Source: Vicugna vicugna (lineage: Eukaryota). Taken from it: a DNA stretch of 64,000 nucleotides. Below, piece after piece: positions 50,501 to 63,854 of this stretch. A program made the translations under genes and the position numbers. Numbering within the stretch: the stretch's first letter is position 1; every line of letters begins with the position of its first letter. The notes below the pieces were generated by a model that saw only the letters and a list, made by a program, of their open reading frames with translations, did no database searches and was not told the DNA's origin. The stretch is taken from assembly GCA_013265495.1 (NCBI GenBank), contig MU058463.1:3889037-3953036 (forward strand), read 5' to 3'.

Positions 50501-52020
50501 GTTCACAGAGACTCTTTTCTATTTTGTCTCCATTCTCTTGTTGAGCCCATCCAAGTGAATTTTATTTTGCATACTGCATTGCTTGATTTTTAAACTTACA
50601 TTTGGCTCATTTTAAAAATAATTTCTTTGTCTTCTGAGAACTTTTTCCTGTTCAATTCAAGTGTGTTTGCCTTTACTTGATGGAGTATATTTATAATAAT
50701 TGCTTTAAAAGAACTGTTGGATAATTGTAACATGTGGATCATCTCGAGGTTGGCACCTGTTAATTGTTTCTTCCCTTGAAATTTATCACATACTCATTTT
50801 ACATTGTGAGAATTTTGGATTGTATGTTGGAATCTGTGAACGTTTGTTTTGTAAGCTCTGGGGCATACTAAAATTCTCTGGAGAATGTTGATTGTTGTTG
50901 TTCCTTTTAGCAGACTGTCAACTCATTTAGGTTCAGATGGCAAATTTGGTCTTGTCTTTTGTGAATGGTGGTTTTCAATTCTCAGAGCCTTTGCTATGTT
51001 GGTATGTGTCTGTCTCATACCTGTGCAGCTCCTGAGCAAGCCCAATACTTTAGCGGGTTTATAGGCTGGATGAGGGGATCCCTTTCTCCATTTTTCTCTT
51101 TTCCAGTGTTTTCTCTACATTCTCCAACATGCAGGAGCCGTTTTTCCCAGTTCCTGTGGCCAGAGAGATTCAGTTTATCTTGGAGCTTTAACGACTGTGT
51201 TGTTGCTTTCTGTATGTAGTGATGGCTTCCTGGCCTTAGAGCAAAGCTGTTTGAGAAAGGAGAAAAAAATAACTGAGCTAGGAAGCTCACTCTCCTGTGG
51301 GTCACTTTTCCAAGTTTGACTCCCCTCAGCAATCTGCTTTTGTTTGGTTTTCAGAGTCCTCGAGTAATTTTTCCTTTCTTTTTCTTTTTTTTCTAATTTT
51401 TTTTTNNNNNNNNNNNNNNNNNNNNNNNNNNNNNNNNNNNNNNNNNNNNNNNNNNNNNNNNNNNNNNNNNNNNNNNNNNNNNNNNNNNNNNNNNNNNNNN
51501 NNNNNNNNNNNNNNNNNNNNNNNNNNNNNNNNNNNNNNNNNNNNNNNNNNNNNNNNNNNNNNNNNNNNNNNNNNNNNNNNNNNNNNNNNNNNNNNNNNNN
51601 NNNNNNNNNNNNNNNNNNNNNNNNNNNNNNNNNNNNNNNNNNNNTTCTTTTTCTTTTTTTTTTATTTTTTTTTTGTATTTTCCCCAAAGTTTTTAGTTGT
51701 GAACGATGTGAAAGGCTGTATTTGGTGTATGCCACCATACTGAAATGAGAATTCCTTCTCTGGCTCCTTTTAAGATTTTTCTTTTCATTTTTGATTTTTA
51801 GCAATTTGACTATGCTGTTCCTAAATATGTTTTTTCTTAGAGTGTGTTTATCCTGTGTTTGGTGTTCATTGAACTTCTTAGATGTGTGTGATATTAGTTT
51901 TTGTTTAATTTGGCACACATTTTGGCCTTTATTTCCTCTAATATTATTTCAAACCCAGTCTCTCTCACAGTTCCTTCTGGGAATCTAGTTATACACATAT
52001 GAGGCTGCTTAATACTGTCC
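47545..52020 (-). mobile_element. Old, fragmented L1 (ORF2, ORF1 and 5' region remnants)
   Basis: T-rich antisense L1 motifs (aattttgtcaaatgctttttctgcat, gcatcccacaaattttgata, tgtgcacttgaaaagaat, tttctgatgagaa). Confidence 0.8.
51406..51645. other. Assembly gap (240 N)
   Basis: N run flanked by T-rich low-complexity sequence. Confidence 0.99.
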
Positions 52021-52028
52021 CATGAGTG

Positions 52029-52255
52029 AAGGGGCAGCAAACTTGTTCTGTAAGGGGCCAAATAGTGAATACTTCAGGCTTTGTGGGCTTTCCATTCTCC
52101 ATTGCAACTATTGCAGCTGTGTTGTTACAGCTTGAAAGCAGCCATAGACAATATTTAAACAACTGAGCATAACTGTGTTTGAGTATAATTGAATTCACAA
52201 AAATAGGTGGCAGGCTAGATTTGGACTGCAGGCTGTAGTTTGCTGGCTAGTTGCT
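52029..52255. mobile_element. MER58A-like hAT MITE
   Basis: aggggcagcaaact..tctgtaaggggcca.atagt...gaaagcagccatagacaata...ggctgtagtttgc. Confidence 0.8.
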
Positions 52256-53242
52256 GGAGCTAGGTTGTGACTATCTCAGAGGTAAAATTAAAGATGGGCC
52301 AAACACAAATATTGACAATAACTGAAGTGTGGGTAATCAGATAAAAGAGAATAAGAGCACAGAAGAGACTAAAAGATATGTTAGGACTGGGTTATTATGC
52401 TCCATGAGTTGCTTTATTTGAAGACAGTAGTGATAGAATTAAACTATTAATTTATAAAAATATCTCTAGTAGCATGGTAGAGGATGAAAAGACACAGATC
52501 CCCAAAGCAAGGATGGCTTTAACAAAGCAGTTGCAGTAGTTCTGATAAGTGATAATAAAACCTAACTGAAAGCAATGGGAATAGTTGAAATAGAACAGAT
52601 TTGAGAAACATTTTGGTGTTAGAAAGAAGAAAGAATGATGGGTGTAGCAGGTGACTGGATTTCCAGTATAGAAGAAATAATACTTTTCCTCTAGATAATA
52701 AAGGAGGATAGTTTCTCAAGAGTCCACTTTTGTTTCCCTTCTCTCTAAATTTTCTTCATTGGTTATTTTAGTCATTCCTGTGATTTCAATTATTACCTAA
52801 TTGTTTTGGACTTCCTAGTCTGTGGTTTGTAGCTAAAACCTTTCTCTTAATGTCTAGACCTATATTTTGAAAAATTACTGTTAGGAGACTCTCAATACTC
52901 AAATACTCAGACTCTCAAATATTTTATCTTCAGTATATTCAAAGGCTACTTATGAACATACTGTCACTTATAAACTGATTCTTTTCCTATATGTTAGCTA
53001 AACAGAAGTTGAGACATCATCTTGAAGCTGACATGAAGAGCTCATAATGACCTCTAACATCCACTCACCCCCACCTCCTTTTCCCAGAAGCCTGGGAAAA
53101 GTCACATTCAGTGGGAAAGTGAATTCAGGTTAAATGAAGAAGTGGGTACAGCATTGAGAAATTAGTGTTCAAAGGGAAAGAAGGAAAATGGTAGCTTGAG
53201 GATGGGGACAAAGAATTAGTTTATCTTTTGAATAAGAGACAC

Positions 53243-53700
53243 TGTAGCAGGTGTTCCTAGTGTCCTAGCTATATTTCTTTGGTTTGCATCTCCATACTGT
53301 TTACTTACATTTATGAATTTCTACATTTTCTTACTGGCCATAAAGGTATACTTGGCCTGTGTACAGGAAAAGCCAGAAATGCCAGGGTGTTAATACCTTC
53401 AGAAAGGCTTTCAGCCAGTTATGGATGAGGATTTGGTGGTTAAATACCTCGTCTTCACATGTCTCTGATGGGGTAACTGATCCATGTTCTGTACTATCTA
53501 CTAGAGTCTTCAGTAGGATCACTGTCTAGTTGTCCATCAGGGTAACTGGCTTAATAATGCACTCTTTCTTGACCACCTTCCCTTCCATATCTCACTTCTG
53601 ATTTCCTCTATCAGTGTTTTCTATGGATCAACTCTCAAACAACTACTTGCGCTTGAATCATTGAATCAAGTCTGTTTTGGGGGGAAACCCGAACCAAGGT
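53243..53700 (+). mobile_element. ERVL-type solo LTR (LTR33/LTR16-like)
   Basis: TGTAGCAG start; aactacttgc...tctgttttggggggaaacccgaaccaag end. Confidence 0.6.
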
Positions 53701-53729
53701 AGACACTTCACTTTAGCAATGTAATAAAA

Positions 53730-53920
53730 AGTAATAAAATTTGTTTAGCACTTACTAAATACTGGTTATAACTCTCAGTGCCTCATAATCTAAGGGGATA
53801 AGTACTGTTTTCATCCTGTTTTGTAGATGAGACAACTGAGGCACAGAGCGGTTTAGTAACTTTCTGAAGATCACAGAGCTGATATATGACCGAGTCTGCA
53901 TTTATCTCTAAATCCTTCCC
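53730..53920 (-). mobile_element. MIR SINE
   Basis: ttttgtagatgagacaactgaggcacagagcggtttagtaac...gatcacagagct. Confidence 0.8.
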
Positions 53921-55584
53921 CATAACCTGGTAGACTATAGAGAACGGCATGAATAATTAACAAAAAAAGAGAGAATTAGGATAATTAATGGAGTAAGGCC
54001 TCCTTAGAGATCATTTTGGAGAGGGTGAAAGTAAAGGGAGTAGTACATTCTCAGTGGTGTACCGACTTTAGCAAGTAAGTAGAGGGTTAGATTACCTGCT
54101 CTGAGCTAAATAGGTAGTAGGATTTTGAAGTGGCTAGAAATGTGGTAGCTTTTCATGGTGAATGTACTTTTACTGTCAAAGTTCATAACTGGCTCTAGCC
54201 CAGCATTCTGATGATGCTTGTGAACTCTCAGTAGGTGTTATTTAGGTTGTTACAACTTACTGAAAACAATGTAAGCTACCAGTGTAGAAAAAAATATAGA
54301 GTATGAACAGATAACTCTCAAGAGAAGTAACATATGTGCTAAAGATTTAAGAGACAAGAAAAGGAAGAATAAGGAGCTAATAAAGAAGACTGAGAAGGAA
54401 TCATTATCCAGGTAGATGGAATACTAAAATAAGGGTTGTTCTAAAGCTGAAAGTAGGGGAGTATTTAAAGAAGTAGTTTGTTTGACAGTACTCATATGTA
54501 GATGACTATAAAGGATGAAAACTGAAGATAGGGAATTCAGTAGGCAACAAGAAAGTTTGTGATATTGAGAAGTCTCGTACACTTGTAGGAGGTTGAACAT
54601 AGGGGATTGAAAAAGTTTGAGACAGTTTTTCCTCAAGAAATTTACTGATGAAGAAGGAAGAGGGATAGAGAATCATTTAAACATCTTTTTCAGTTGGAGA
54701 AGGCCAGGAGGCCTCTAAGGTTAGAAACTGTGGAGGAAGTGATCAAAGAGTGAACAAAGAGAAAGTTTAAGTGGGTGAGCAAATGGTGAATGAGAACGGG
54801 GTCCAGGGTGTGGCAGGAAGGGTGTACTTGGGCACGGTATGTGCTAGCTCTTTTGGGATGGAGGGACTTGAAGGAAGAGTTTCAGATTTGGAAGAGATTC
54901 CAGGAACATATTTTTACCATTTTTATCTTTCTATCTGAATTCTAGTTATTTTTTCCTGATCTTTTCAAATTGTCTCTTCACCATGTCTATTATGCTATAA
55001 ACTCACCTACTGAATCTTTAGTTGCAGTTTTATTTTTCCTGTCTAGAAGATTGATTTAATTCTTTTTCAGACATGCTATTTTCCTTATACCCTGCAGATA
55101 CTTTAAAGCTAATCTTTTATTTCTTTAAATGAGATAAGCATAGTTGTGTCTGAGAATTGCATATGAAGTCTGTTTGTGTGTCTTTTCTGTTGTCTTTTTC
55201 TGCTAGTTCTCAATCCTAGTGCTTTGAATCTTTGTGTGCCTGGTTACTTGACTTCTAATTCTCATCACCCTTCTAGTGACTCTCTGAGGCCTGGGATAAA
55301 CAGATTGTCTTCAGAAAGTCTTACAGTTGCTTTATGGCTTGAGTTTTGCTTGTCCATCTAGGCTCTGTGTATCTAGATGACGAATCTACATGAGGCATGG
55401 TCTAAATCAACTTTTCAGAGTCTTTTCCTTCCCTCACTCTCTACTCCCACTCTCTCCCCGACTCTTTTTCTTATACTGCTCGGCCCACTGCCAAGGTAGC
55501 TCTATTTAAAGTCCTTACCCCTCTCCCGCCCTCCCACTCCTACCTGCAGCCTAAAGACTTCCAAATAAAATCAAGAGACTGAAG

Positions 55585-55672
55585 ATATATATATATATAT
55601 ATATTTATGTGTGTATGTGTGTGTATATATATGTGCATATATACACACATATATATAGACATACATACATAT
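55585..55672. repeat. Compound (TA)n/(TG)n/(CA)n microsatellite
   Basis: Direct reading. Confidence 0.9.
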
Positions 55673-55889
55673 GAAATCTGCATCTCTTTCTCCTAGATAA
55701 ACTTGAGCCGTTAAAATCTCTTTTCTTATTACTAATTATCAGCCTAGGTTAAGTAAATAAAAGTTTTCTACTCAGTAATCAGACTACTATCCCTCCCTAA
55801 ATTACTGAGTGATGCATGAACACAATGAGAGTATCATTACATTAATTACACAGGAGAAATAAGTTTGGCTTCTATAGAAAAGGTTCACT

Positions 55890-58800
55890 TTACATATGGT
55901 GTTTTGTAAATTAGATGAATTTTAAAAGTTGGTCTTGTATCCACTGACCTTGATAATTCATCAGTTTTTTTGTTTGTGGATTATTTTGCATTTTTTATAA
56001 GTGATTACAAATAAAAATGCTTTACTTTTTCCGTTTCAACCATTATGACTTTTATTTCTTTTGCTTGACTTAGTGATTTCCAATACAGTGTTAAACAGAA
56101 GTGGTGATAGTATTAAGTCCTTATGTTTTTTCCCTATACTTAGTTGGAGTATTTAATTTTTCATCATTGAGTATAATTAAGTATAATGTTAGCTGTAGGT
56201 TTTTTGTTGATGATCTTAATTGGATTAGGTAACTTTTCTTTTTTTCCTAGTTTGCTGAGGCCTTTCATCACAAATAGTTGTTGAATTTTATAAAATAAGT
56301 TTCCTGCTTCTTTTGCAATAATTAGATTTTCTCCCTTATTCACCTTATTCAGAATAAGAGGAAACATTTTAAAAAATAATTTTGCATTTTGTTTATTATC
56401 CTTCTTATATGTTGCTGGACATTGAAATTATTTTTAGGTCAATAGCTTTTTTTCCTTATAATTTTTGTATTGAGATATGTAATTCACATACCATAAAATT
56501 GACCTTTTTAAAGTATGTAATTCAGTGATTTTTAGTATATTTATGAAATTGTGCAGTCAGAACTTTTTTCTTCACCTCAAAAATAAATCCCTTATCCTTT
56601 AGCAGTCATTCCCCTTCTTTTCACCAGTAATCAGCTTCCTGTTTCTATGGATTTGCCTTTCTGAACATTCTACAATTTGTGATCTTTTGTGGCCTTTGCT
56701 TCTTTCACTTAGCATAATGTTTTTAAGGTTTATCCATATTATAGCACATGTCTACTTCACTCTTTTTTATGGCTGAATAATATTCTGTTACATGAAAGTA
56801 CCATATTTTATTTTATCTGTGCATCAGTTTGTGAGCATTTGTGTTGTTTCTACTTTTTTGCTATGTAGTATTTTTTGCTTCTATATTCATGGGAGATATT
56901 GGCCTGAAATTTTCTTATTTTGAAATAATCTTTTCAGATTTTGGTGTCAGAATTATGCTATCCTCACAAAATAAGTTGGAAAATGTTTCTTATTTTTATG
57001 TTATTCTGTAAGAGTTAGTCCAAGACTGATATTGTTTAAAAGAATGTACCAGTGAATTCTTAAAGTGTTTGAAGGAATTCACTGGTGAACCTATCTGAGC
57101 CTAGAGTTTTCTTTGTGGGAAGATTTTGAATAGAGATTCAGTTTCTTTAACAGTTACAGGACTAATCAGATACTGTATTTTTTCCTTGTTTAATATTGAG
57201 AAGTTATATTTTTCAAGGAATTTGTTCTTTTTATTCAAGTTGTAAAGTTTAGGGACAGCATCTATAATGATATTCCCTTTCTTATTTATTTCTCATATGG
57301 TTAATTTGTAGTTTTCTTTTTTTTCCCTGACCAATCTTTCTTGAGGTTTGTTACATTCATTAATCTTTTCAGAGAACCAGCTTTGACTCCTTGATTTCCC
57401 TTATTCTGTTTCATGATATGCACTCTTATTTTTATTTCCTTTCTTCTACATTCTTTACATTTAATTTGCTCTCTTCTTTCTAGCTTCTTAAGTTGTAAGC
57501 CTGCAACCTTTACTTTCAGACTTTCTTTTTTCAATATGTAGATTTGTATGCAAAAAGTTGTACATTTCCTCCAAGTACTACTTTAGTGACATTTCACAAG
57601 TTTTGATAGCATAAGTTGATTTTTATTTAATTGAAAATATTTTCTAATTTCCATTGTAGCTTTCTATTATAGCTCTTTGACCCATCCATTATTTATAAAT
57701 CGGTTTTTTAGATTTCCAAATGTTTAGTGTTTTCTTAGTTTTCTTTCTGTTGTTTGTCTCCAGCTTAATTTTTCCTTGATCATCGTCCTTGGAAATTTAT
57801 TGAGACTTGATTTGAACATGTCCAGTATATCATCTACTTTGGTAAATACTCTCTGCATTAGAAAAGTGTGTACATTTTGCAGTTGTTGGATGTGGTTTTT
57901 TATGTATGTCAATTAGGGCAAGTTGATTAATTGTTCTTCCATTTTTCTACACCCGTGCTGTTTTGTCCTCTACTTGTTCTATCAGAGAGAGGTATGTAAA
58001 AATCTGATCTTTTGATTGTAGATTTGTCTTTTCTTCTCTCAGTTCTGTCAGTTTTGCTTCATATATTTTGAAACTGTGTTGTTGATATTAGATGCATTCA
58101 AATTTAGAATTTTTATATTTTCCTACTGAAATTGACCCTTTCAATATTACAAAGTGTTCTGCTCATCTCTAGTAACACTTCTAGCCTTAAAAATTACTTA
58201 GTCAAATATTAGTATAGCCACATCAGCTTTTCTTGGGAGGCCAGTGAGTGTATTCAGGCTATATATTCCCCACTCCTTTTATTTTTAGTCTGTGTCCTTT
58301 TATTTAAATTTTTGACATAGCAGTTATCAAAGGAACACCTTCCTTTTGTGTTTCTTGTAGTGTTGGTATATTGGCAAAGAATTTTGTCAACTTTTGTGAA
58401 TCTAAAATCATCTCTATTTTTGTCTTCTTTTTTAAAAAATATTTTTGATAGGTATATAGTTCTAGGTTGCTAGGTTCCCCTCCTCCCTGCCCAGCACATT
58501 TTAGCACAAAGAATGGAAACTGTCAATCTTGTTGTTTCTTCAAGTTTGTCTTTTTTCTATGGCTGCTTTTAAATTTTTCTCTATATCCTTTGTTTCAGCA
58601 GTTTGACTGTGCCAAAGATTTGATATACCTAGGTTTGGTTTTCTTGCATTTTCATGCTTGAAATTTCCCTGAATTTCTTTAGTCTCTGGCTTGATTTCTT
58701 TCCTCACTTTTATAAAATTATTATCAATTATCTCTTCTCATATTGCTCTTGTTCCATTCTTCTTCTCTTTTACAGAGATTCCAATTACATGAATGTGAGA

Positions 58801-59700
58801 CCATTTGACTGTGTCTCATGTGTCTCATACTCTTTGTTTTGTTCATCACACTCTTTTCTATTTACTTGACTTTTGATATATTTCTTGGCCTGTGTGCAAG
58901 TCCATGAATTCTGTATTTCTCTGGTCTCTTCTGCTCTGAAAAGCATCTGACAAGTTCATAATTTCAGTTATTGATTTTTCTGTTCCAGAAAATCCACTTG
59001 GCTTTTTATTTTTAGTTTTGCTGAACATTACATCATTTCATTCATTTTGTTCTTTACATCTGCATCAAGTCCTTGCCTCCTAACCTCAGTATCTGGGTTA
59101 TCTTGAGTCTGCCTGATTGTTTGATTTTTCTCTTGATTATCTGTCTGTCACATTATTTTGCTTTTTTGGATGTCTTTTAACATGTTTATTGTGTGCCCAG
59201 CATTGTGTGTAAGAGAACAGTTAATTTCTTTCAGATGATATTTTTTCAGAGAGGTTTGCTCTTTGTTGTGTTAGATAGAGTGAAGTGCTGACTACCTTGG
59301 TTCAAATCAAGGATTAAGTAGATTCTTCTCTACTGAGATGCTGTCTTTGAAAACTGGGAGACTGGGAAATTGACTCTGCCCTGTAGGCCCAGCCTCTCTG
59401 TCTTTCTTCAGTGCCCCATCACTAAGCAGATGTACTGTTAGATGTACATAATTCAAGTTTTTCTTGATTTCTCATCTGTCATTCCAGCCCATACAGATAT
59501 GTAAAGCACCACTAGTTCTTGGTTTCCTTTAGTGAGTTCAGTCTTCACTAATATCCAAACTCTGCAAATGCCCCTTTGGAACAAAATGCCAATGGTCTCA
59601 GCTGTCTTTGGAATTGCTCTTCCATTTCTGGATTTTTAGCTTATCCAGTCCTTAGTTGCTTCCATAGCTTTCTTATGTTAGTCTAATTTTTGCAGGAGGA
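55890..59700 (-). mobile_element. Old fragmented L1 with a nested L1MB-like 3' end (about 56445-56865)
   Basis: Minus-strand ORF2 remnants (KKPTANIILN; LKKLE..EQIK...RRKEIKIR). Nested tattgagatatgtaattcacataccataaaatt. Confidence 0.78.
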
Positions 59701-59905
59701 GCAGTGGCTTGCTTCTATCTAGTATTTTACTTTAGGGAAGTGGAAGTCAGGAATTTATCTTTGCAGAAAGAAAAGACAGATAATTTTAAGAGTGCTTATT
59801 TGTGTAAGCATAGTGATATTTTGAATAGTTTTATCTGTATTGCATACTAATACTTATATTTTTTTCTTGCTGATATGCGCCTGTTTATCAAAATATTCTC
59901 TAGAC

Positions 59906-60242
59906 CAGGGGTCCACAAACTATGGTCTACAGAACAATTCTGACCCAGTTCCTTTTTTTCTATGACCTATGAGCTAAAAATGGTTTTTACATTTCTAAAA
60001 GTTTAAAAATAAATAAATAAAAAGGAGAAAGATGTTTTGTGACACATGGAAATTATAAGAAATTCAAATGTCAGTGTCCAGAAATAAAGTTTTATTGTAA
60101 TACAGTCACACACATCTGTTTTTGTGTTGTCTCTGGCTGCTTTCATGATGACAGTCCAGTAGTTGAAACAGAGGTCTATGGCCCACAAAGCATAAAATAT
60201 GTATTATTTGGCCCTTTATAGAAAAAAAAATGTCTATTCCTG
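59906..60242. mobile_element. MER58B-like hAT MITE
   Basis: CAGGGGTCCACAAACTATGG...gagctaaaaatggtttttacattt...tggccctttatagaaaaa...CCTG, with a degenerate 8-bp TSD ctctagac/ccttaaac. Confidence 0.8.
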
Positions 60243-61819
60243 CCTTAAACCATAGACTCAGGAATTTTCATTTCTCATTTCTAAGGAAAATTAAACAGAA
60301 GATTGAAACCTTTTTATTCCATAAGTTCTTTGAATTTTGACTTATTTAAATCCTAGCATTTTAGAGTTAGAGGGACTCTCAGAGATAATCTACTTTATCT
60401 CTTTATTTTGCGAATGAAGAAACAGATTCAGAGTGAGAGAAGTTTTAAATTAAATTATGGCTAATTTTTGTTTTGTTAAACAGTGGTAGCTATCAAGAAA
60501 ATCTCTTTTCTGGAATTTTAAAAGTAAATATTTAAAGCATGTTAATAACCTTTGCCTTTCTTTACCACCCGTAATTCTTCCAAATCTCATGGGTATGAGT
60601 TTCTTTTTGTGAGAAGACTAAAAATCTTACAGGACCAATTCCAGACATTCTTCATTAAGCTCCTATTGATTTAGGATTTGAAGTCCTAAATCATCAGAAA
60701 TTCCACAGTGAAATGTTAATGTGTAAGACTCATTTCTAGAGTTGTTCTTTTATCTGTCCATCCTCAGATAACATGAAAAGTTTACTTAAGCTTAGTTCTG
60801 AAATGCAGTCTTACAGTGGGATGTTATATTACTAACAAATAACATTTTTATTTCCAAATGTTGAAGACAGATTTTCTATGTATAATCTTTAGCTTATTAT
60901 CAGCTATTTTGAACAACCGTCTACTTCTAAATAAGCCCAATCAATAAAAAACACACTTAAATCAATTTGTGGGAATTTGGGGAAAACTGATTCTTAAGCT
61001 GATCTATATTTAGGATATGGTGGGTCCAGATTCATTAAAATCGTTACAACTAATTAAATGCCAAATGCATAAAAATAAATATTTTAAGAATGCATAGAAG
61101 GTCATTTGAACTTTGAGGAAGTCCATTAAATAAAACAGACAAAAATATTGATGTATACTTTTGAAAATTTAAGTTCATGATAAATAGGCTTCAGGAAATT
61201 CATCTTAACTTGAATTTATATATTCGGCTTATCTGAAGATTGTTTTTGCTTAGGTATAGAAGGGGCAAACCTTTTAACAGTTACATATTCCTGTTGCTCA
61301 AGTAACTGATTTCACTTAACTAAACTTTAGTATAAAGGAAAGTTGATTTCCTAAACTACACATGAAAAATTCTCATTGCTTTTCATTAACTTATTTGTTC
61401 TTATATTTCTTGAACATTCATGATTAGATACTGATGCAGGTGCTGAAAGGGAAACTATTGAAATAGATATTCTTTGCTCATATTTCAAAAGATTTCGTGA
61501 GCAGGTATGTCTGTTCATTTGTAACATTTGGTACTATTCATCACTCTCTATTTTTGTAGCATACTCTCTTGGAGAAAATCCCATCCATATACATGATTTC
61601 CATTGCCTCCTTTGCACCAAAATTTGTGTAAAATAATTCCATGGATAATTCCTTAATGGACATTTCTGACTAGGTGTCTTTTAAATGTATCTGTGTATCT
61701 GGTGTATCTGTGAATCCATCCTCTCCCTTTGCTTATTTCACTAAGTAAGGCTGGTAGCTATAGCTCTGAACTTCCTTCTTTTCTCCCTGTCCTCTTCCCT
61801 TCCTCCTACTTTCTTTTTC

Positions 61820-62625
61820 TTTCAAAGAATTGTTGAGTACTTAGTTACAGGCACTTATCTGAGCAAAGAGGCTGGAGCAGTGAACAGGCACGACATGATC
61901 TCTGCACTCTTGCGGCTTACAGCGTGGTGTGAAAGTGATACATTAAACAAATAACCCCAAACATAATTACAGTTGTAGATTACACAGTGAGACACAAGTA
62001 TAAGTGAAATGAGAATGGATTTAGGGACACTAGCCCAAGCTGGAACATTCCTGAGTAAGTGACTCTTATACTAGGACGTCAAAGATGAATAGGGGTTAGC
62101 AAGAGACGATGTGGGAGAGAATTCAGGGAGAGGAGAACTTTCGTGGAAGCCCCCAAGTAACTTAGCAGGTTCAAACAACTGAACGAATAGTCCTGTGGCT
62201 GGAGTATGATGAACAAGTTGGAGAAGGATGCAAAATGAGGCAAGAGAGACTAGCAGAGGTCGGATCTTGGTAGAGAATCTTTTAAATCACGTCAGTGCTT
62301 TTGGTCTTCTAAGAGATTGAGAAGATATTAATAGAGTTTTTAGTGGGAGGATTACCTACTCATTTGTTTTTTAAAAAGTTGACTTGAGCTCTTATGTGAC
62401 AAACAGATTGAAAGGGGGCATATATGGATGTGCAGAAATGAAGCTTTTTAAAAAGCTTTGGCAGTGATCCAGGCAGAAGGTGGTGGTAACTTAAATTATT
62501 AGCATATTAGCAGTAGAGATGCTGTAGAGAGATTCAAGAACTATTTACGAGATATAGCTGATAAAATTTGTCATTATTTTGGTTCAAGATATAAAGCTGA
62601 AGGAAGTGTCAAGGATGAGATTTTC
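61820..62625 (-). mobile_element. L2 LINE 3' region
   Basis: ttgttgagtact...gcagtgaacagg...gtggctggagt...tccaggcagaaggtggtggtaactt...gtcaaggatga. Confidence 0.75.
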
Positions 62626-63700
62626 ATATATTTATTCATGTACATTTTGTTGACATTTTAGTAACTTGAATACAGACATTTTCAAAATTGAACCCATTTT
62701 TTTCCATTTGAAAACTAACTCTTCCCCTTGGCTTCCCTGTTTGGTGAATGACATCCCTACCTCCAAGTCATCTAGCCTTACAACTTTTTTTTTTTTGTCA
62801 CAGCTTCCATTGAGCTATTCTCCAAGTGCTAAGGACTTGACCTCTGTAGCATCTGGAGGCTCTTCCGTCTCCTCCTCCTCATCTCCTCTCTGTCTCTTCC
62901 TCTTCCTCCTCTTCTTCTTCTTCACCTTTTGTCTTTATTATAGCAGTAGCATCCTCTTGCTGGGTCATTAAACTATGCTTTTCATTCAAGTCTCGGAGCT
63001 CCTTGAGAGTAAGAACTTTTTTATCTTTAGTACTAGCAGTGTGCACTTCAGCATGGTAGACATAAAAAATATTAAAATGAGATGAAAATAAAACATCTTC
63101 CTTGATTCTTTTTCTTCCTATAATTCTCACTCTTTGCCACATTAAAAAAATTTTTTTTTTCTAAAAGTCATTCAGGGGCTTCCCTTTACTTAAAGAATAA
63201 TTTTATCTTAGGTCTGTGAGGAAATGGAAAACTGGCTGCTGGATATGAAAAGTATATGAGTTAGGGTTTTCCTGTAGTGATTTAGTCAAAATGAGCTCCT
63301 GACCCTTTGGGGACTGCAGCCCTCACTACTACAAACAGTAGATTTTTCTGGGAGGGGAACATAGCTGAGCTTTATTAGCAGTCTCACTGTTGAATAAAGT
63401 TTTAAACACTTTGTTTAATGCCTTTTTATATTTTTAATTTTATAAAAGTATTTGCAGAATTCACATGTAAAAAATAATTTAATACGTATTTTTTAGCTAT
63501 CCAGATCTGTGTTGTCATCCCAATAGCTATATTGTATGTTAATATCTTACATGTACATCTGGAGTATATTGTTTCATAGAAAGTTTCTAAGAGAAATATT
63601 CAGGTGCCTACTTTGGAAATACCTATTTTTAATAAGTTTGTTTGTCCTAAAATATGAACTTCCGTAATTCTGTCCCCCCCTTTTTTTTTTACATTTTTAG

Positions 63701-63776
63701 GAATAAGAAAATTTTAAATAAGAAGAAGTTGAAAAGAAAACAGAAGAGCAAATCAAAAGTGAAGACAAGAAGCAAG
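63701..63776 (+). CDS. MYCBP2: MYCBP2 exon 2 (76 nt)
   Basis: Pyrimidine tract plus TTTTTAG| acceptor and AAG|GTAAAA donor. The first G completes the split Arg codon (AG+G) from exon 1, followed by NKKILNKKKLKRKQKSKSKVKTRSK, the known MYCBP2 continuation. 302+76=378 nt, frame preserved. Confidence 0.96.
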
Positions 63777-63854
63777 GTAAAACTCTTAGCAGTTTACAGG
63801 GAATAAGGACTTTTTCATACTGTAATTTGAATAAAAATGCCACAATTAAAAAGA

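Larger units (their letters stand above)
37620..63700 (+). other. MYCBP2: MYCBP2 intron 1 (26,081 bp including a 240-N gap), GT-AG
   Basis: Bounded by the donor and acceptor above, with phase-compatible exons. Confidence 0.93.

Noticed and set aside
51175..51918. 247-aa and 148-aa ORFs
   Set aside because: Artefacts of the N gap and T-rich flanks within a decayed L1.
57048..57087. 12-bp inverted repeat ACCAGTGAATTC / GAATTCACTGGT
   Set aside because: Arises from a small duplication of a quasi-palindromic L1 motif within a decayed L1.
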